NCBI GenBank assembly: GCA_027487815.1 | Contig: JAIYCW010000062.1 | Location: 7,204 to 71,203, forward strand | DNA: 64,000 nt | Direction of reading: 5' to 3' | Origin: Burkholderiales bacterium | GTDB lineage: Bacteria; Pseudomonadota; Gammaproteobacteria; Burkholderiales; Burkholderiaceae_E | Shown: piece after piece, positions 35,630 through 46,467 of the stretch | Layout: each line of letters begins with the position of its first letter | Numbering within the stretch: the first letter of the stretch is position 1 | The notes under the pieces: model-generated | Database searches by the model: none | What the model was told of the DNA's origin: nothing | Seen by the model: only the letters and a program-made list of their open reading frames with translations | Program-made: the position numbers and the translations under genes

Positions 35630-37273
35630 TCAATCAGTCGGCATCAGTTGCGCCCAGATCTGCGCAGCTGATGCCACTTCATTGCCGCGCCACGCGACGA
35701 CCTGATCGGGGCGAATCAGCGCGAGGCTAGCTTCATAAAGCGGCTGAGCTTGCGGTATCTTGAGAGGCTTGAGTTCAATGCCACGAGCCTGCGCATGCTC
35801 AACGAGCTGATGCGCAGCGTGAGTCGCTTCGCCCATATCAAGCAGTGTCCATTGCGCGCCGAACAGATCGAACAGCGACTGGTTGGGGCTTAGCCACATA
35901 TGCGGTGCGCGGCCGCCGGGGCAGGCGCTTTGTTGATAGACATTGGCTTGATCCGGCGGGGGTACTGATCCATCGCCTGCAATCACTGAAGAATTGTCAT
36001 AGCGGGTACCGAAGGTGATACCCGGAATATTGAATTCACGTCTGACATGATCGTCAAGCGCCGCACTTGCACGCGCCCGAGCTTGAATGCCCCGCTCATC
36101 AAGCGCTTCAATACCCGGATCGACTTCAAGCAATCCAATACTATCTGCAAAACCTCGGGCATATGCCGTATTGCGTTGTGCGGCTGGCAAACGCTCTTGC
36201 TGATAGCTTTCAAGCAACGATAGGCCTGCCTGGCCGTTGATCACCGCGGCGAGCTTCCAGCCCAAATTCACTGCATCTTCAATGGCGGTGTTGTAGCCCA
36301 AGCCTCCGGTGGGAGTAAACAGATGTGCTGCATCGCCTGCCAGAAATACTCGCCCTGCTTGCATGCCCTGCGCCACCAAAGCATGCCCGGCACGCCAGGC
36401 TCTGCGCGACAACACCTCAACATCGCAGCGAATTCCTGCAGCTTCGAAAAACATCTCCTGAGCCTGCTCTTCGCTGATCTGCGCTTCGTCTTCATCCTCA
36501 CGAAGCTGGGTGTGAAAAGCGAATTCACCCCGCCCATCCACTGCGGCCAGCAAACTGCGCCGGGAAGCATTGAAGGTCACATACATCCAGGCTTTGCCAT
36601 GGCCGACCTTTTCATAGAACTGCGGCGCCCGCAGATACACCGCATACATCAAGCCGCCCATAAACTGACGCTTCACTCCGCGATCGCCTGTCCATCCAAA
36701 ACCAAGCTGCGCACGAATACTGCTGCGCGCGCCATCACAGCCCACGAGAAATTGCGCCCTCACTTGCGACACTTCACCGGTTGAACTATTTTCGATGTCC
36801 GCTTCGATGCTGTCGGCCAGTTCCCGAAATTTCAGCATGCGCGTGCTGAAACGCAGGCTTACGCTGCTGCAAGCCTCGGCCTCTTGCCTCAATATCGGCT
36901 CAACATACTTTTGCGAAATCCGATGAGGCATCTCGGCGGCTGACCAGCTGGCACCCAAGGTCCGCAAAGTGCTCGCAGCCTGCGAAGAACTGGGCAGTGA
37001 TAAGCGCGCCAGTTCGAAACCCGCAAAGCGGGTGAAGTACGCGATGTCCGTCGGATAGTCAACGGGCAACCCCTGCTCGCGCACCTTGTGTGCAAATCCA
37101 AGACGACGAAAGTGCTCCATCGTGCGCGCTTGAGTGGCGTTCGCTTGGGGGTTAAACGCAGTGGAAGGTTTGTCGTCCACCAAAAGCGCACGAATACCCC
37201 TTCGCCCCAATTCAATCGCCAGCATCAATCCGCTCGGCCCCCCACCCACGATCAGAACATCCACCTCAATCAT
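35630..37273 (-). CDS. FAD-dependent aromatic-ring monooxygenase (PheA/TfdB/MhpA-like)
   Basis: 'VLIVGGGPSGLMLAIELGRRG' (GxGxxG), 'FLAGDAAHLFTPTGGLGYNTAIEDAVNL' (DG/GD motifs), about 547 aa with a C-terminal thioredoxin-like extension. The ATG at 37273 forms an ATGA overlap with the upstream stop. Confidence 0.8.
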   Translation of the reverse strand: MIEVDVLIVGGGPSGLMLAIELGRRGIRALLVDDKPSTAFNPQANATQARTMEHFRRLGFAHKVREQGLPVDYPTDIAYFTRFAGFELARLSLPSSSQAASTLRTLGASWSAAEMPHRISQKYVEPILRQEAEACSSVSLRFSTRMLKFRELADSIEADIENSSTGEVSQVRAQFLVGCDGARSSIRAQLGFGWTGDRGVKRQFMGGLMYAVYLRAPQFYEKVGHGKAWMYVTFNASRRSLLAAVDGRGEFAFHTQLREDEDEAQISEEQAQEMFFEAAGIRCDVEVLSRRAWRAGHALVAQGMQAGRVFLAGDAAHLFTPTGGLGYNTAIEDAVNLGWKLAAVINGQAGLSLLESYQQERLPAAQRNTAYARGFADSIGLLEVDPGIEALDERGIQARARASAALDDHVRREFNIPGITFGTRYDNSSVIAGDGSVPPPDQANVYQQSACPGGRAPHMWLSPNQSLFDLFGAQWTLLDMGEATHAAHQLVEHAQARGIELKPLKIPQAQPLYEASLALIRPDQVVAWRGNEVASAAQIWAQLMPTD

Positions 37274-38310
37274 GGCGTGCGGCAAACAGCTCTTAGAGCG
37301 GGATTGATCAGCCTGGCTTCCACCCAGCGATTGGGATAGTCGGTAATCAAACCATCCACACCCATGGCCGCAAGCGATTGCATATCGACGAGTTCATTGA
37401 CTGTCCAGGGCACCACCTTTAATCCAAGCGCTTTGGCCTGTGCCAATTGAGGCGCATCAACATTACGCCAAAACATCGACCACACATCACATCTGGCCGC
37501 TTTGACCAAAGCCGGCACTGAGCCGTGATCTGCCAGCTTGAGCCCGGCATGCCAAGGCGAACTGCCGTCCGCACCCGGCTTCATCGTGCTGAAGTTGGGC
37601 GAGTCGATGCTCAGGCAGGCAGTGCGCACTCCAGGGGCAATCCGCTTCACCTCAAGCAGGGTGCGCCAATCGAAGCTTTGCACGGTGGTGCGATCCATCA
37701 TCCCCGACCACCGCAAGGCCTCGACCACCGCTTGCGCAAACACAGCAGGAGAGGGTGACTGCGCGGGGTCGAGAGGCGAGAGCTTGGTCTCGATATTCAA
37801 TTCAACCCGATAAGGTGCGCGCGCCGCCAAACCGAGAAGCTCGGAAAGAAGCGGCATGCGCGTCTGGTCGACCGCTTGTTGCTCGGGCCACAAGCTGGCC
37901 ATGCGCGAGCCCGGACGAATACGCCCCACATCGAACTGACGCACCTGCTCGGTCGTCAGGCTAAACACCGAAGGCGTTGGCGCGCTCAACCATTGCCCCG
38001 AGGCATCACGCACCAGATCAGGATTGAGCACCGGGTCATGGCCGACCATCAGCGTTTGATCACGCGTCATTACAAGGTCGGTTTCCAGTGTGGTTACACC
38101 CTGGGTTAACGCATACTGAAATGCAGGCAAGGTGTTTTCTGGAAACTTCCCGCGTGCTCCGCGATGGCCTTGCAGATCCAGGCATTGCGCAGAAGGTTGT
38201 GCAATCGCCCCTGCGGACATCATCATCGCAAGGATGATGATCCACCCGCTTGCATGAAAACGCTTAGGTTCTAACCCCTTGGGTTGGAACCCCTTAAGTT
38301 GGAATGGCAT
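37270..38310 (-). CDS. Glycerophosphodiester phosphodiesterase family protein (periplasmic)
   Basis: 'LQGHRGARGKFPENTLPAF' and 'LETDLVMTRD' (the HR..E..D GDPD motifs). The start is uncertain; ATG 38310 overlaps the pdeM stop by 17 nt. Confidence 0.75.
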   Translation of the reverse strand: MPFQLKGFQPKGLEPKRFHASGWIIILAMMMSAGAIAQPSAQCLDLQGHRGARGKFPENTLPAFQYALTQGVTTLETDLVMTRDQTLMVGHDPVLNPDLVRDASGQWLSAPTPSVFSLTTEQVRQFDVGRIRPGSRMASLWPEQQAVDQTRMPLLSELLGLAARAPYRVELNIETKLSPLDPAQSPSPAVFAQAVVEALRWSGMMDRTTVQSFDWRTLLEVKRIAPGVRTACLSIDSPNFSTMKPGADGSSPWHAGLKLADHGSVPALVKAARCDVWSMFWRNVDAPQLAQAKALGLKVVPWTVNELVDMQSLAAMGVDGLITDYPNRWVEARLINPALRAVCRTP

Positions 38311-39004
38311 ACACCCTCGTTGAATCGGTGAGAAACACTTCGTCAAGCGCTTGGCCATTCACCGACCAGCCACCCGTAAATTCTCCGAAGGCTGGCAACA
38401 CCACAAGGTTGCCCAACCGATAGAAGCACGGCAATCGAATTGAGCCCACCCGATCGCCAAGCCTATAGGCAGGATGCTGATGCCCCGCAAGCACCAACGC
38501 GCCTTCAATGTGGCAAGGCTCGTGGCATCCGACGAGACCAGAAGAAGCATCCAGTGCCAAAGGCTCATCCACCACTTCAAAGCCGCACTCCTGCGGCGGG
38601 TCACCCGCGCGGTCATCATGATTACCGCGAACAAGAATGCAGCGCACCTGTGCATGCTGCCTGCGCCATTGCGCCAATTTATCGGTAACCTCAGGATGGC
38701 GCGACGCTGCTGAATGCAACAAATCCCCCAGCACCACGAGGGTGCTTGCCTGGGTACTTTCGAGCAATTGATCCAAGCGCCGGAGATTCTCATCGGTGGT
38801 CCCTCCCGGCACTGGCACACCGAGACTGCGAAAGCTGCGGGCCTTGCCGAGATGGACATCAGCCACAAGCAGCAAGCTCAGAGCTTCAATGAATACCGCC
38901 CGGTCTGGCAGGAGCGTGAGTGCAAAGCCCTGATGCAGCATGATCACTGCAGGGGCAAACTGGTGTGGGGCGTTGGGTGGTGAAGCAGGAGCGGGCAACA
39001 TCAC
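38294..39004 (-). CDS. pdeM: Ligase-associated DNA damage response endonuclease (metallophosphoesterase)
   Basis: 'LLVADVHLGKARSFRSLGVPVPGGTT' and 'VLGDLLHS', 'VRGNHD', matching the calcineurin-like PdeM pattern. It lies downstream of the DEXH helicase. Confidence 0.8.
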   Translation of the reverse strand: MMLPAPASPPNAPHQFAPAVIMLHQGFALTLLPDRAVFIEALSLLLVADVHLGKARSFRSLGVPVPGGTTDENLRRLDQLLESTQASTLVVLGDLLHSAASRHPEVTDKLAQWRRQHAQVRCILVRGNHDDRAGDPPQECGFEVVDEPLALDASSGLVGCHEPCHIEGALVLAGHQHPAYRLGDRVGSIRLPCFYRLGNLVVLPAFGEFTGGWSVNGQALDEVFLTDSTRVYAIPT

Positions 39005-39038
39005 TTCATTCTACCGATGCGCACGCTTGAGCAGGATC

Positions 39039-41480
39039 TCATCGTGCCGCGCGCTCCAGTTCCTTCACCATCCGCGCAATCCGGTCTGAAAGCTTTTCAT
39101 TGCTCATCGCTTCGCGCAGCCTTTCAATCATGAGCGGAAAGGCAAAGGGTGTGGGCCTCTCTATTTCCACAAATGCCAGGCGACGCTTTTGCAACTGCTC
39201 CATGCACTCGCGCAATCGTCCGAGCTCGAGCTCCTGCTCAAGGACTTCTCGCTGCGCCTGGCCCAGTAATAGATTGCCGCCATCATGCTTGCGAAACACT
39301 TCATAAAACAAGGATGATGAAGCCTGCAACTGGCGAGTCGAACGTGGTGCGCCGGGAAAGCCCTGAAACACCAAGCCTGAAATTCGCGCGATTTCCCTGA
39401 AGCGGCGCTGCGCCAGCTCACTGTTGTTCAAACTCTCCAGCACATCCTCCAGCAAATGCTCCTGACTCAAAAGCTCGCCACTTTTCAGAGCCGACCAGTC
39501 CAGGGGGGTGGCGCTCAGAATCTCAAAGCCTGCATCATTCACGGCAATGGAGAAGCTGGCTGGCTGAGTGCGGGCGATGCGCCAGGCAATCAGGGCGCTC
39601 AAACCAATATGCACATTACGTCCGGCAAAGGGATACATAAACAGGTGCTGCCCCTCACGCGACTGCAACAATTCGGCCACCAAAACTTTGCGCGTTGGAA
39701 GGATAGACCAGCGCTGTTGGAGCTCCAGCAGCGGGCGGGCCATCGCCATCTCCGGGCCTGCGTACACATCACGGGTTGCACCTTCGAGGCGATCCAAAAA
39801 CGCATTAGCCAGCTCGCTCGACAAGGGCATCTTGCCTCCACCCCAGCGCGGCACCGCCCCTTTACTGCTGGTTGCACGGCGCACGTAGGCCGTCATTTCA
39901 TGCACCCGAATCAACTCCAGAATTCGTCCGCCGAACAGGAAATGATCGCCCTTGCGCAGACGACCAATAAAGCTCTCTTCAATCGTGCCGAGCTTACCAC
40001 CTGTGAGGAACTTCACTTGCAACATGGCATCCGCAACGATGGTGCCGATGGAGAGTCGATGGCGCTTGGCGATCATCCGGTCTGGCACGCGATAAACCCC
40101 GAGCTCATCCTTCACCACGCGCCGATACTCCGCATACACCGCAAGGCTTGAGCCGCCTCGCACTACAAAATCCAGGCACCACTGAAACTCCTCGAGCGTG
40201 AGGCCAGCATAGGCAGGCGCAGACTGCACCTCGACAAACATTGCCTGCTCGGTAAAGCCTTCGCCCAGAGCCACACTCACCAGATGCTGAACCAGAACAT
40301 CAAGGGGTTTGTTCGGACTGGAGCGAGGCTCAATCCGCCCCGCAGCCACAGCATCCTGAGCCGCCGCGGCTTCAATCAGCTCCAGCGCATTGGTAGGCAC
40401 CAGCGTGATTCGCGAAGGGCGATGCGGAGAGTGACCCGAGCGCCCCGCTCGCTGCAACAAGCGCGCCACTCCCTTCGCACTACCAATCTGCAACACCCGC
40501 TCCACCGGCGAAAAATCTACACCGAGGTCGAGGCTGGAGGTGCACACCACAGCCTTCAGGCTGCCCGCCTTCAAACCCTGCTCGACCCACTCGCGCACCG
40601 ATTTATCCAGCGAACCATGATGCAAAGCAATCAGCCCAGCCCAGTCAGGGCGCGCTTCCAAAAGCGCCTGGTACCACAGCTCGGCTTGCGATCGCGTGTT
40701 GGTAAACACGAGGCTATTGGTGCTGGCCTCGATTTGCTCCACCACGGCAGGCACCATCCGGATCCCGAGATGACCGCCCCAGGGAAAACGCTCAGTGCTT
40801 TCAGGCAGCAAGGTATCCACCAGCAGGGTCTTGGGTAGCGCCCCACGCACCAGCTTTGGCGAATCACCAGCGCCGACCAACACTTCCATCGCTTGCTGCA
40901 AATTGCCAAGGGTTGCTGACAACCCCCACACCACATGCGTGGGTGCAATGCTGCGCAACCTGGCCAACCCGAGCTGCACTTGCACTCCGCGTTTATTGCC
41001 CATCAATTCATGCCACTCATCCACCACCACCATTTGCACACCGGCCAACTGAACCGATACGTCACTGCGGGTGAGCATCAGGCTCAAGCTTTCCGGGGTA
41101 GTGACTAGCGCAAACGGCAAGCGCTTGGCTTGGCGAGCGCGCTGCGCGCTGGTGCTATCGCCAGTGCGCATCTCTACCTGTGCATCTTTGGGCAGTGCTG
41201 CCGCAATTGCCGGATCAAGTAGCGGCTGAGCGAGTGCGGCCGCAGTATCCGAAGCAAGGGCCCGCATGGGTGTAATCCACAACACCTGGAGCCCCTTAAC
41301 GCTAGGCTGGGCCCGCGCGAGTGCCGCCATCCATACCGCGAATGTTTTTCCCGCACCTGTGGTGGCATGAAGCAAGCCGCTCTGACCCGCAAGCGCATGA
41401 GCCCATACCTCGCGCTGAAACTCAAAAGGCTTCCATCCCTGTTTATCAAACCACTGCTCAACCGCCTTCAGCATAGGCAT
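39039..41480 (-). CDS. Ligase-associated DNA damage response DEXH-box helicase (Lhr-core-like)
   Basis: 813 aa with 'TGAGKT' (motif I), 'VVDEWHEL' (DEXH), 'RAGRSGH' (motif VI) and a C-terminal DEAD_assoc-like region. Confidence 0.85.
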   Translation of the reverse strand: MPMLKAVEQWFDKQGWKPFEFQREVWAHALAGQSGLLHATTGAGKTFAVWMAALARAQPSVKGLQVLWITPMRALASDTAAALAQPLLDPAIAAALPKDAQVEMRTGDSTSAQRARQAKRLPFALVTTPESLSLMLTRSDVSVQLAGVQMVVVDEWHELMGNKRGVQVQLGLARLRSIAPTHVVWGLSATLGNLQQAMEVLVGAGDSPKLVRGALPKTLLVDTLLPESTERFPWGGHLGIRMVPAVVEQIEASTNSLVFTNTRSQAELWYQALLEARPDWAGLIALHHGSLDKSVREWVEQGLKAGSLKAVVCTSSLDLGVDFSPVERVLQIGSAKGVARLLQRAGRSGHSPHRPSRITLVPTNALELIEAAAAQDAVAAGRIEPRSSPNKPLDVLVQHLVSVALGEGFTEQAMFVEVQSAPAYAGLTLEEFQWCLDFVVRGGSSLAVYAEYRRVVKDELGVYRVPDRMIAKRHRLSIGTIVADAMLQVKFLTGGKLGTIEESFIGRLRKGDHFLFGGRILELIRVHEMTAYVRRATSSKGAVPRWGGGKMPLSSELANAFLDRLEGATRDVYAGPEMAMARPLLELQQRWSILPTRKVLVAELLQSREGQHLFMYPFAGRNVHIGLSALIAWRIARTQPASFSIAVNDAGFEILSATPLDWSALKSGELLSQEHLLEDVLESLNNSELAQRRFREIARISGLVFQGFPGAPRSTRQLQASSSLFYEVFRKHDGGNLLLGQAQREVLEQELELGRLRECMEQLQKRRLAFVEIERPTPFAFPLMIERLREAMSNEKLSDRIARMVKELERAAR

Positions 41481-41482
41481 GC

Positions 41483-42334
41483 TTAAGCTTCGGGCACAGC
41501 AGTGGCGATCCAGCCCTCAACCGGATCAATCGAGTCTGGCAGCCCAAAGCCATGGCGCCCCTCATCCCGCCGCGCTTCACACCAGGCTGCTTGAATCAGG
41601 CAAAGCAAGGCATCCATCGCATCGCCACTTGGATCGTCAATGCATCCCGCCTTCAGATCCTCATCGATATCGAGCTCAATCCCCAGGCTGTTATTGGGAG
41701 TGAGCAAACCTTGCATGAGATCCACACGCGATTGATGTCTCCTGGCATCCTGCTTGGCCCGGTCATCACTCTTATACGAACGTCGCCCCAGCACCGAGCG
41801 CGCCAGCAATCCGGGATAGCCTTCAATCGCAACCCGTTGCAAATCTCCCGAACGCAACCCGGGCAGATGTACACCACTGGCGAGCAATGCAGGCAGCGCA
41901 CTATGCAACATCAAGGCCACTGGTGGGTTGACCCATTTCATTGAAGGCGATGAGCCAGCGGGCCGATCGCAAGCACGATGCACAAACTTCTGGCCCACCG
42001 GGCGCGGCGCACAAAAGGCGCGCAATTGATCCACCCATTGGGGTCGGGTCCAGGCACTCACCCGCTGCGCCATGGTGACCCAGTCTGACCCCAGATCAAT
42101 CCGATCGACCAATTCGCGTGGCAGCCCAAAAGGAAGGTCCAATACCGCCAACCATGGACCAGACTCATTTAAAGCCGCTTGAAATTGAGCCGAGTATTCC
42201 CAGCGTTGCAGTGATTGAACCTTGAGCAGCCTATCGGACGAGTCCGCAAGCTCTCCGCTCATACAACATATTGGCTTACGGCGAGTGGGCGCGCTGGTGT
42301 AATCCAGGCCCCAGAGTTTGCGCGCTTGATTCAT
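41483..42334 (-). CDS. DUF429-like (predicted RNase H-fold nuclease) protein
   Basis: 283 aa. '[10 protein letters not shown]', 'HRACDR', 'IEGYPG' and a C-terminal 'D..DA..C' resemble DUF429. Its stop is 2 nt from the helicase start. Confidence 0.5.
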   Translation of the reverse strand: MNQARKLWGLDYTSAPTRRKPICCMSGELADSSDRLLKVQSLQRWEYSAQFQAALNESGPWLAVLDLPFGLPRELVDRIDLGSDWVTMAQRVSAWTRPQWVDQLRAFCAPRPVGQKFVHRACDRPAGSSPSMKWVNPPVALMLHSALPALLASGVHLPGLRSGDLQRVAIEGYPGLLARSVLGRRSYKSDDRAKQDARRHQSRVDLMQGLLTPNNSLGIELDIDEDLKAGCIDDPSGDAMDALLCLIQAAWCEARRDEGRHGFGLPDSIDPVEGWIATAVPEA

Positions 42335-42349
42335 AGGATCAGGAGCATA

Positions 42350-42412
42350 GCCAAACCATGGAATTGCGCGGGAATCCTTGGCCTTTTCGGGAAAGTGAAA
42401 TCATGGTTTGGC
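42350..42412. repeat. 11-bp perfect inverted repeat with a 41-nt spacer
   Basis: GCCAAACCATG (42350-42360) and CATGGTTTGGC (42402-42412) lie in the 118-bp divergent region between the DUF429 gene and the chemoreceptor gene. Confidence 0.6.
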
Positions 42413-42452
42413 CGTCATCATCAGGAGAATAGGGTAAACACGGAAACAACGG

Positions 42453-44807
42453 ATGAATCTGGTCAAAACGGTTCTCAAGCCGGGCATCTGGATGATGCGA
42501 AGCGTCAACCTCAGGATCAAGCTGATCACGCTGGCACTTTTTATTCTCATACCGGTCATTGGGGCTTCGGGTATTTACATCCATGCCAAGATTCAGCAGA
42601 CCGAGCTTGCGAAAGCCCAGATTGTCTCGGCTCAGCAGGTGCGCGCCACGCTCAAGCTTATTGAGCTGACCCAGGTACACCGGGGGCAATACAACATGCT
42701 GATGGCTGGCAACAAGGCCATCGAACCCAACTTGCTTAAGACGCGGGGCCTGCTTAAATCCCAATTTGAAGCGGTAAACCTTGTCATGGTGTCGAGCCCT
42801 GCGCAAACCCAAGCCAGCTTTGCCGCACTCGCCCAGGACTTTGACAAACTGCTGGCCGACTTGCCAGGCTTGCGCCCTGCGCTCGCGTTCAAGAAACATA
42901 GTGAGCTGATCGCGAGCATGCAAACAGCCATTGGCGTTGTCATGTCCGAGGGTAACTTTCACCTGGCTGCGGACCCTGCTGTGGGTGCGCTTGCCATGGC
43001 ACTGGGCGACCGCATGGTGCCCTGGATGGAAAGCCTCGGACAAGCGCGGGGCCTGGGCGCAGGCATGCTCGCCCGAAGCAGCGCATCTACCCCGGAGCTC
43101 GGCCAAATCAAGGCGCTTGAAATGGGGGCACATTCTGCCAAGCGATCATTAGAACAAACGCTGGTCAATGCCCAATCGCTGGGATTAGGCGAACCCAAAA
43201 CCTGGGCTGCGGCGAAAGTGGCCAACGCTGCCTTCATGAAGGCGGTGGCCGATGAGTTCGCTGGAGAACTGCCTGATGGTGATTCCAAGGCCTACTTTGC
43301 GCTGGGCACTGAAGCGATCAATGGTGTACTCGCATTAAGTGGGGAGCTCACTTCCGCACTTGAAACACGTCTGGAAGGATTACATCACATAGCAAGAGTA
43401 AACACAGTGCGCGCAATTATCGGCGCCACAATAGTGACCTTGCTTTTGGCCTATGCGCTGTTTGCGTTTTATGTGAGCTTTACTGGCTCGCTGGCGAAAG
43501 TACGGCAAGCCATGCAAGCCGCGGCCCATGGGGATCTTTCCCATCCTCTGGATATGTTCGGGCGCGACGAGCTCGCCGAGATCGGGCGGGATCTGGAAAG
43601 AACCTGCCACCAGATTTCATTGATGGTCGCCCAGATTCGTTCGGACTCCTCGCTGGTGGCACTCACCGGGAGCGACTTGGCAAGCGCCGCTGATCAACTT
43701 TCGCACCGCACCGTTGAGCAAGCCGCAAGTATCGAGGAAAGCGCTGCAACAGTGCATGAGGTCTCGACCGCAGTGAGGGCGAACGCTCAGCGTGCGGTTG
43801 AAGTCGATGGCAATGCCCGTGAAATGTTGGCCAATGCGGATCAGGGCAGCAAGCTCATGGGTCAAGCAGTGAAGAAAATGGAGGAGATCAATGAGAGCTC
43901 ACAAAAGGTCAACGATATTGTCAGTGTGATCGACGGCATTGCCTTTCAAACCAATATCCTTGCGCTTAATGCCGCCATTGAAGCGGCAAGAGCGGGCGAA
44001 GCCGGTCGGGGATTTTCAGTGGTGGCGGCTGAAGTCAGAGCACTTGCCCAGCAAAGCGCTGAATCAGCGCAGGCCATTCGCGATCTGATTGCCCAATCCG
44101 GTGGTCATGTGGCTGAAGGTGTGGCGCATATCGCCACCATTAACACCACCCTCACAACCCTGGTGCGCCAAGCCCGGCTGGTTGCAGAGGATATGACCCA
44201 GATTGCGCAATCCACCAGCGAGCAAAGCGACGCGCTGGGGCAAATGTCGATTGCAGTGGGCTCTCTCGAAGAGATCACGCACCGCAATGCGGCTATGGTG
44301 CAGGATTCCCAAGCTGCGACCTCACAGTTGCAGGATCGGGCCAACAAACTGCGCACCTCCGTCGTATCCATCCGCCTGCGACAGGGCACTGCCGACGAAG
44401 CACGCGCGCTGGTTGAGCGAGCGCGGGACTTGGCGCGAACTGAAGGCTTGCCAGCAGCAGGGCGTCTGTTTGCTGATCCTGAGGGCGGGTTTATTGATCG
44501 CGATCTCTATGTGTTCATTCTGGATCGCGAAGGCAAATTCCTGGCTCATGGCGCCAATCGCAATTGGGTGGGGCAAATGATCAGCAGCCTGTATCCGGAA
44601 GATGGCCGCACAAAACTCGACGCCTATATTGCGGCTGCAGACAAGGGCGGCGATTGGGTGCAATCCATGGCTTTCGATCCCGTCAGCCAAACCAAGCGAC
44701 CCAAACTGACCTATGTCATGCCAGTGTCAGGTACCGCGATGATTGCTTGCGGGGTGTACGACTATCATGAGTCGACTAACGAGGTGTCCGAGCCTGAGAT
44801 TGCCTGA
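42453..44807 (+). CDS. Methyl-accepting chemotaxis protein with a NIT-like periplasmic domain and an extra C-terminal Cache-like domain
   Basis: 784 aa. It has TM1, an approximately 290-aa periplasmic helical domain ('[12 protein letters not shown]', '[12 protein letters not shown]'), TM2, HAMP, and an MA domain ('[35 protein letters not shown]'). An approximately 140-aa tail follows ('[15 protein letters not shown]...[12 protein letters not shown]...KLTYV'). Confidence 0.9.
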   Translation: MNLVKTVLKPGIWMMRSVNLRIKLITLALFILIPVIGASGIYIHAKIQQTELAKAQIVSAQQVRATLKLIELTQVHRGQYNMLMAGNKAIEPNLLKTRGLLKSQFEAVNLVMVSSPAQTQASFAALAQDFDKLLADLPGLRPALAFKKHSELIASMQTAIGVVMSEGNFHLAADPAVGALAMALGDRMVPWMESLGQARGLGAGMLARSSASTPELGQIKALEMGAHSAKRSLEQTLVNAQSLGLGEPKTWAAAKVANAAFMKAVADEFAGELPDGDSKAYFALGTEAINGVLALSGELTSALETRLEGLHHIARVNTVRAIIGATIVTLLLAYALFAFYVSFTGSLAKVRQAMQAAAHGDLSHPLDMFGRDELAEIGRDLERTCHQISLMVAQIRSDSSLVALTGSDLASAADQLSHRTVEQAASIEESAATVHEVSTAVRANAQRAVEVDGNAREMLANADQGSKLMGQAVKKMEEINESSQKVNDIVSVIDGIAFQTNILALNAAIEAARAGEAGRGFSVVAAEVRALAQQSAESAQAIRDLIAQSGGHVAEGVAHIATINTTLTTLVRQARLVAEDMTQIAQSTSEQSDALGQMSIAVGSLEEITHRNAAMVQDSQAATSQLQDRANKLRTSVVSIRLRQGTADEARALVERARDLARTEGLPAAGRLFADPEGGFIDRDLYVFILDREGKFLAHGANRNWVGQMISSLYPEDGRTKLDAYIAAADKGGDWVQSMAFDPVSQTKRPKLTYVMPVSGTAMIACGVYDYHESTNEVSEPEIA

Positions 44808-44838
44808 GTAACTTTTGCAGGGGTTCCAAACCCGACCA

Positions 44839-46467
44839 CTAGTTGGCAATCGCCCGCAGCGTCTCGATCTCATCGGCCTCCTGCAGCGGCTTATCTTTGC
44901 GAATACGCAGCATCCGGGGAAAGCGAACAGCCACCCCGGATTTATGCCGGGCTGATCGATTCACCGCTTCAAAGCCCAGCTCAAATACCATCGTAGGCTC
45001 AACGCTATGCACCGGCCCGAATTTCTCGCGCGTTGTCCTTCTGATCACGGCATCAACTTCACGCATCTCCTCATCGGTCAAACCGGAATAGGCTTTCGCA
45101 AAAGGCACCAGCTGCCGCGCTTCATGCCCGGGCGGATGGCTCCACAATGCAAAGGTGTAGTCCGAGAAGAGATTGGCGCGCCGACCATGACCTCGCTGGG
45201 CGTAAATCAGCACAGCATCAATGGTCAACGGATCAATCTTCCATTTCCACCATCCCCCAGCCGTGTCGGACTTCGTGCGCCCGATGCCATAAGTGCTCTC
45301 TCGGTGCTTGAGCATGAGCCCTTCAACACCCCTTGCCCGCGACCCCGCTCTTTGCTGCTCGGCTGCTTCCCAACTCGGCACAATCAGTGTTTCGGATATC
45401 CCCAAGACAGGGTGAGCAGCCTGCGCAACTAGAACCTCAAGCTTTTGGCGACGCTCCCGCAAAGGGGTATTCCGAAGATCCTGATCGGCGAGCTCCAAAA
45501 GGTCATAGGCCATCAATCGCACTGGAGTCTCGGCCAACAACCGCGCACCCACTTGCTTTCGATTCAAGCGTTTTTGAAGAACAGCAAATGAAGCTACCGC
45601 CTGATCTTGTGGTGACCAGGCCAGCAGTTCTCCATCAATTACACAGTCTGGTGGCAGGTGGGCCGCAAGTGCATGGAGCTCAGGAAAGCGTGGCGTGATG
45701 AGCTCCTCGCCGCGGCTCCACAAATGCAGGACGCCTTGCCTGAACACCAACTGGCAGCGAATGCCATCCCACTTCCATTCCAGTTGCCAATCGTCAATAG
45801 GCTCAGGGAGCGAGGCACCCTCTGGCCAGGGATGCGCCAGAAAAAATGGATAGGGTTGAGCCCGGTCTTCCGCTTGCTCGGCTGCGCCCAGAATCCGCTC
45901 GAAGCGCTGCGCACTGGGGCTTGAGCTTGTGCTCAGATAGCCGATGAGGCGCTGCGCCACGAGCTTTTCATCCATTGCAAATGCCTGGGCCAAAGCGCGA
46001 GTGACGAGCAAGCGGGAGACACCCACTCGAAAGCCCCCGGTGATGAGCTTGTTCATCACAAAACGCTGCTGACTATCGAGGCCTGCCCAGTAGTCATGAA
46101 GCCTGCCAACGATGACTTCTTCCGGCTGCCCACGGCAACTCTCGATACGCAACATCCATTCGCTCAAGCTCGAGGTGTCTAGCGCTTTGCCCGGGCCTAG
46201 TACCAACGCGATGGTTTCGGCAAGATCGCCCACGCTTTGATAACACTCTTCAAACAACCAATCCGCAAGCCCTGCCTTTGCACACGCGCTGGCACGCAAA
46301 ACCTTGGTGGGCACACTTTGCCGTAACTTGCCACCCGCCAGCAGATACACAGCCCACGCCGCATCTTGTGGAGTCGCAGACTTCAAATACTGCGCGAGTG
46401 CGCGCACCTTGTGCAAAGTTGAAGTCGAGCGATCCAGCTCAAGATACAAGCGCGTAAAAGCCTGCAT
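44839..46467 (-). CDS. ATP-dependent DNA ligase (ligase-associated damage-response type)
   Basis: 542 aa with the adenylation Lys motif 'EWKWDGIR', 'EGLMLK', and an OB-fold C-terminus. The start overlaps the exonuclease stop (TGATG). Confidence 0.85.
   Translation of the reverse strand: MQAFTRLYLELDRSTSTLHKVRALAQYLKSATPQDAAWAVYLLAGGKLRQSVPTKVLRASACAKAGLADWLFEECYQSVGDLAETIALVLGPGKALDTSSLSEWMLRIESCRGQPEEVIVGRLHDYWAGLDSQQRFVMNKLITGGFRVGVSRLLVTRALAQAFAMDEKLVAQRLIGYLSTSSSPSAQRFERILGAAEQAEDRAQPYPFFLAHPWPEGASLPEPIDDWQLEWKWDGIRCQLVFRQGVLHLWSRGEELITPRFPELHALAAHLPPDCVIDGELLAWSPQDQAVASFAVLQKRLNRKQVGARLLAETPVRLMAYDLLELADQDLRNTPLRERRQKLEVLVAQAAHPVLGISETLIVPSWEAAEQQRAGSRARGVEGLMLKHRESTYGIGRTKSDTAGGWWKWKIDPLTIDAVLIYAQRGHGRRANLFSDYTFALWSHPPGHEARQLVPFAKAYSGLTDEEMREVDAVIRRTTREKFGPVHSVEPTMVFELGFEAVNRSARHKSGVAVRFPRMLRIRKDKPLQEADEIETLRAIAN

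Noticed and set aside
39456-40151. 231-aa ORF on the + strand
   Set aside because: It is antisense to the DEXH helicase gene and has no motifs.
42339-43133. 264-aa ORF on the - strand
   Set aside because: It is antisense to the 5' third of the chemoreceptor gene, whose TM/HAMP/MA organisation is unambiguous. No motifs are present.
44808-44838. GGGTT-CCA-AACCC hairpin between the MCP and ligase 3' ends, considered as a terminator
   Set aside because: It has a 5-bp stem, a 3-nt loop and no U-tract on either strand. That is too weak to call.
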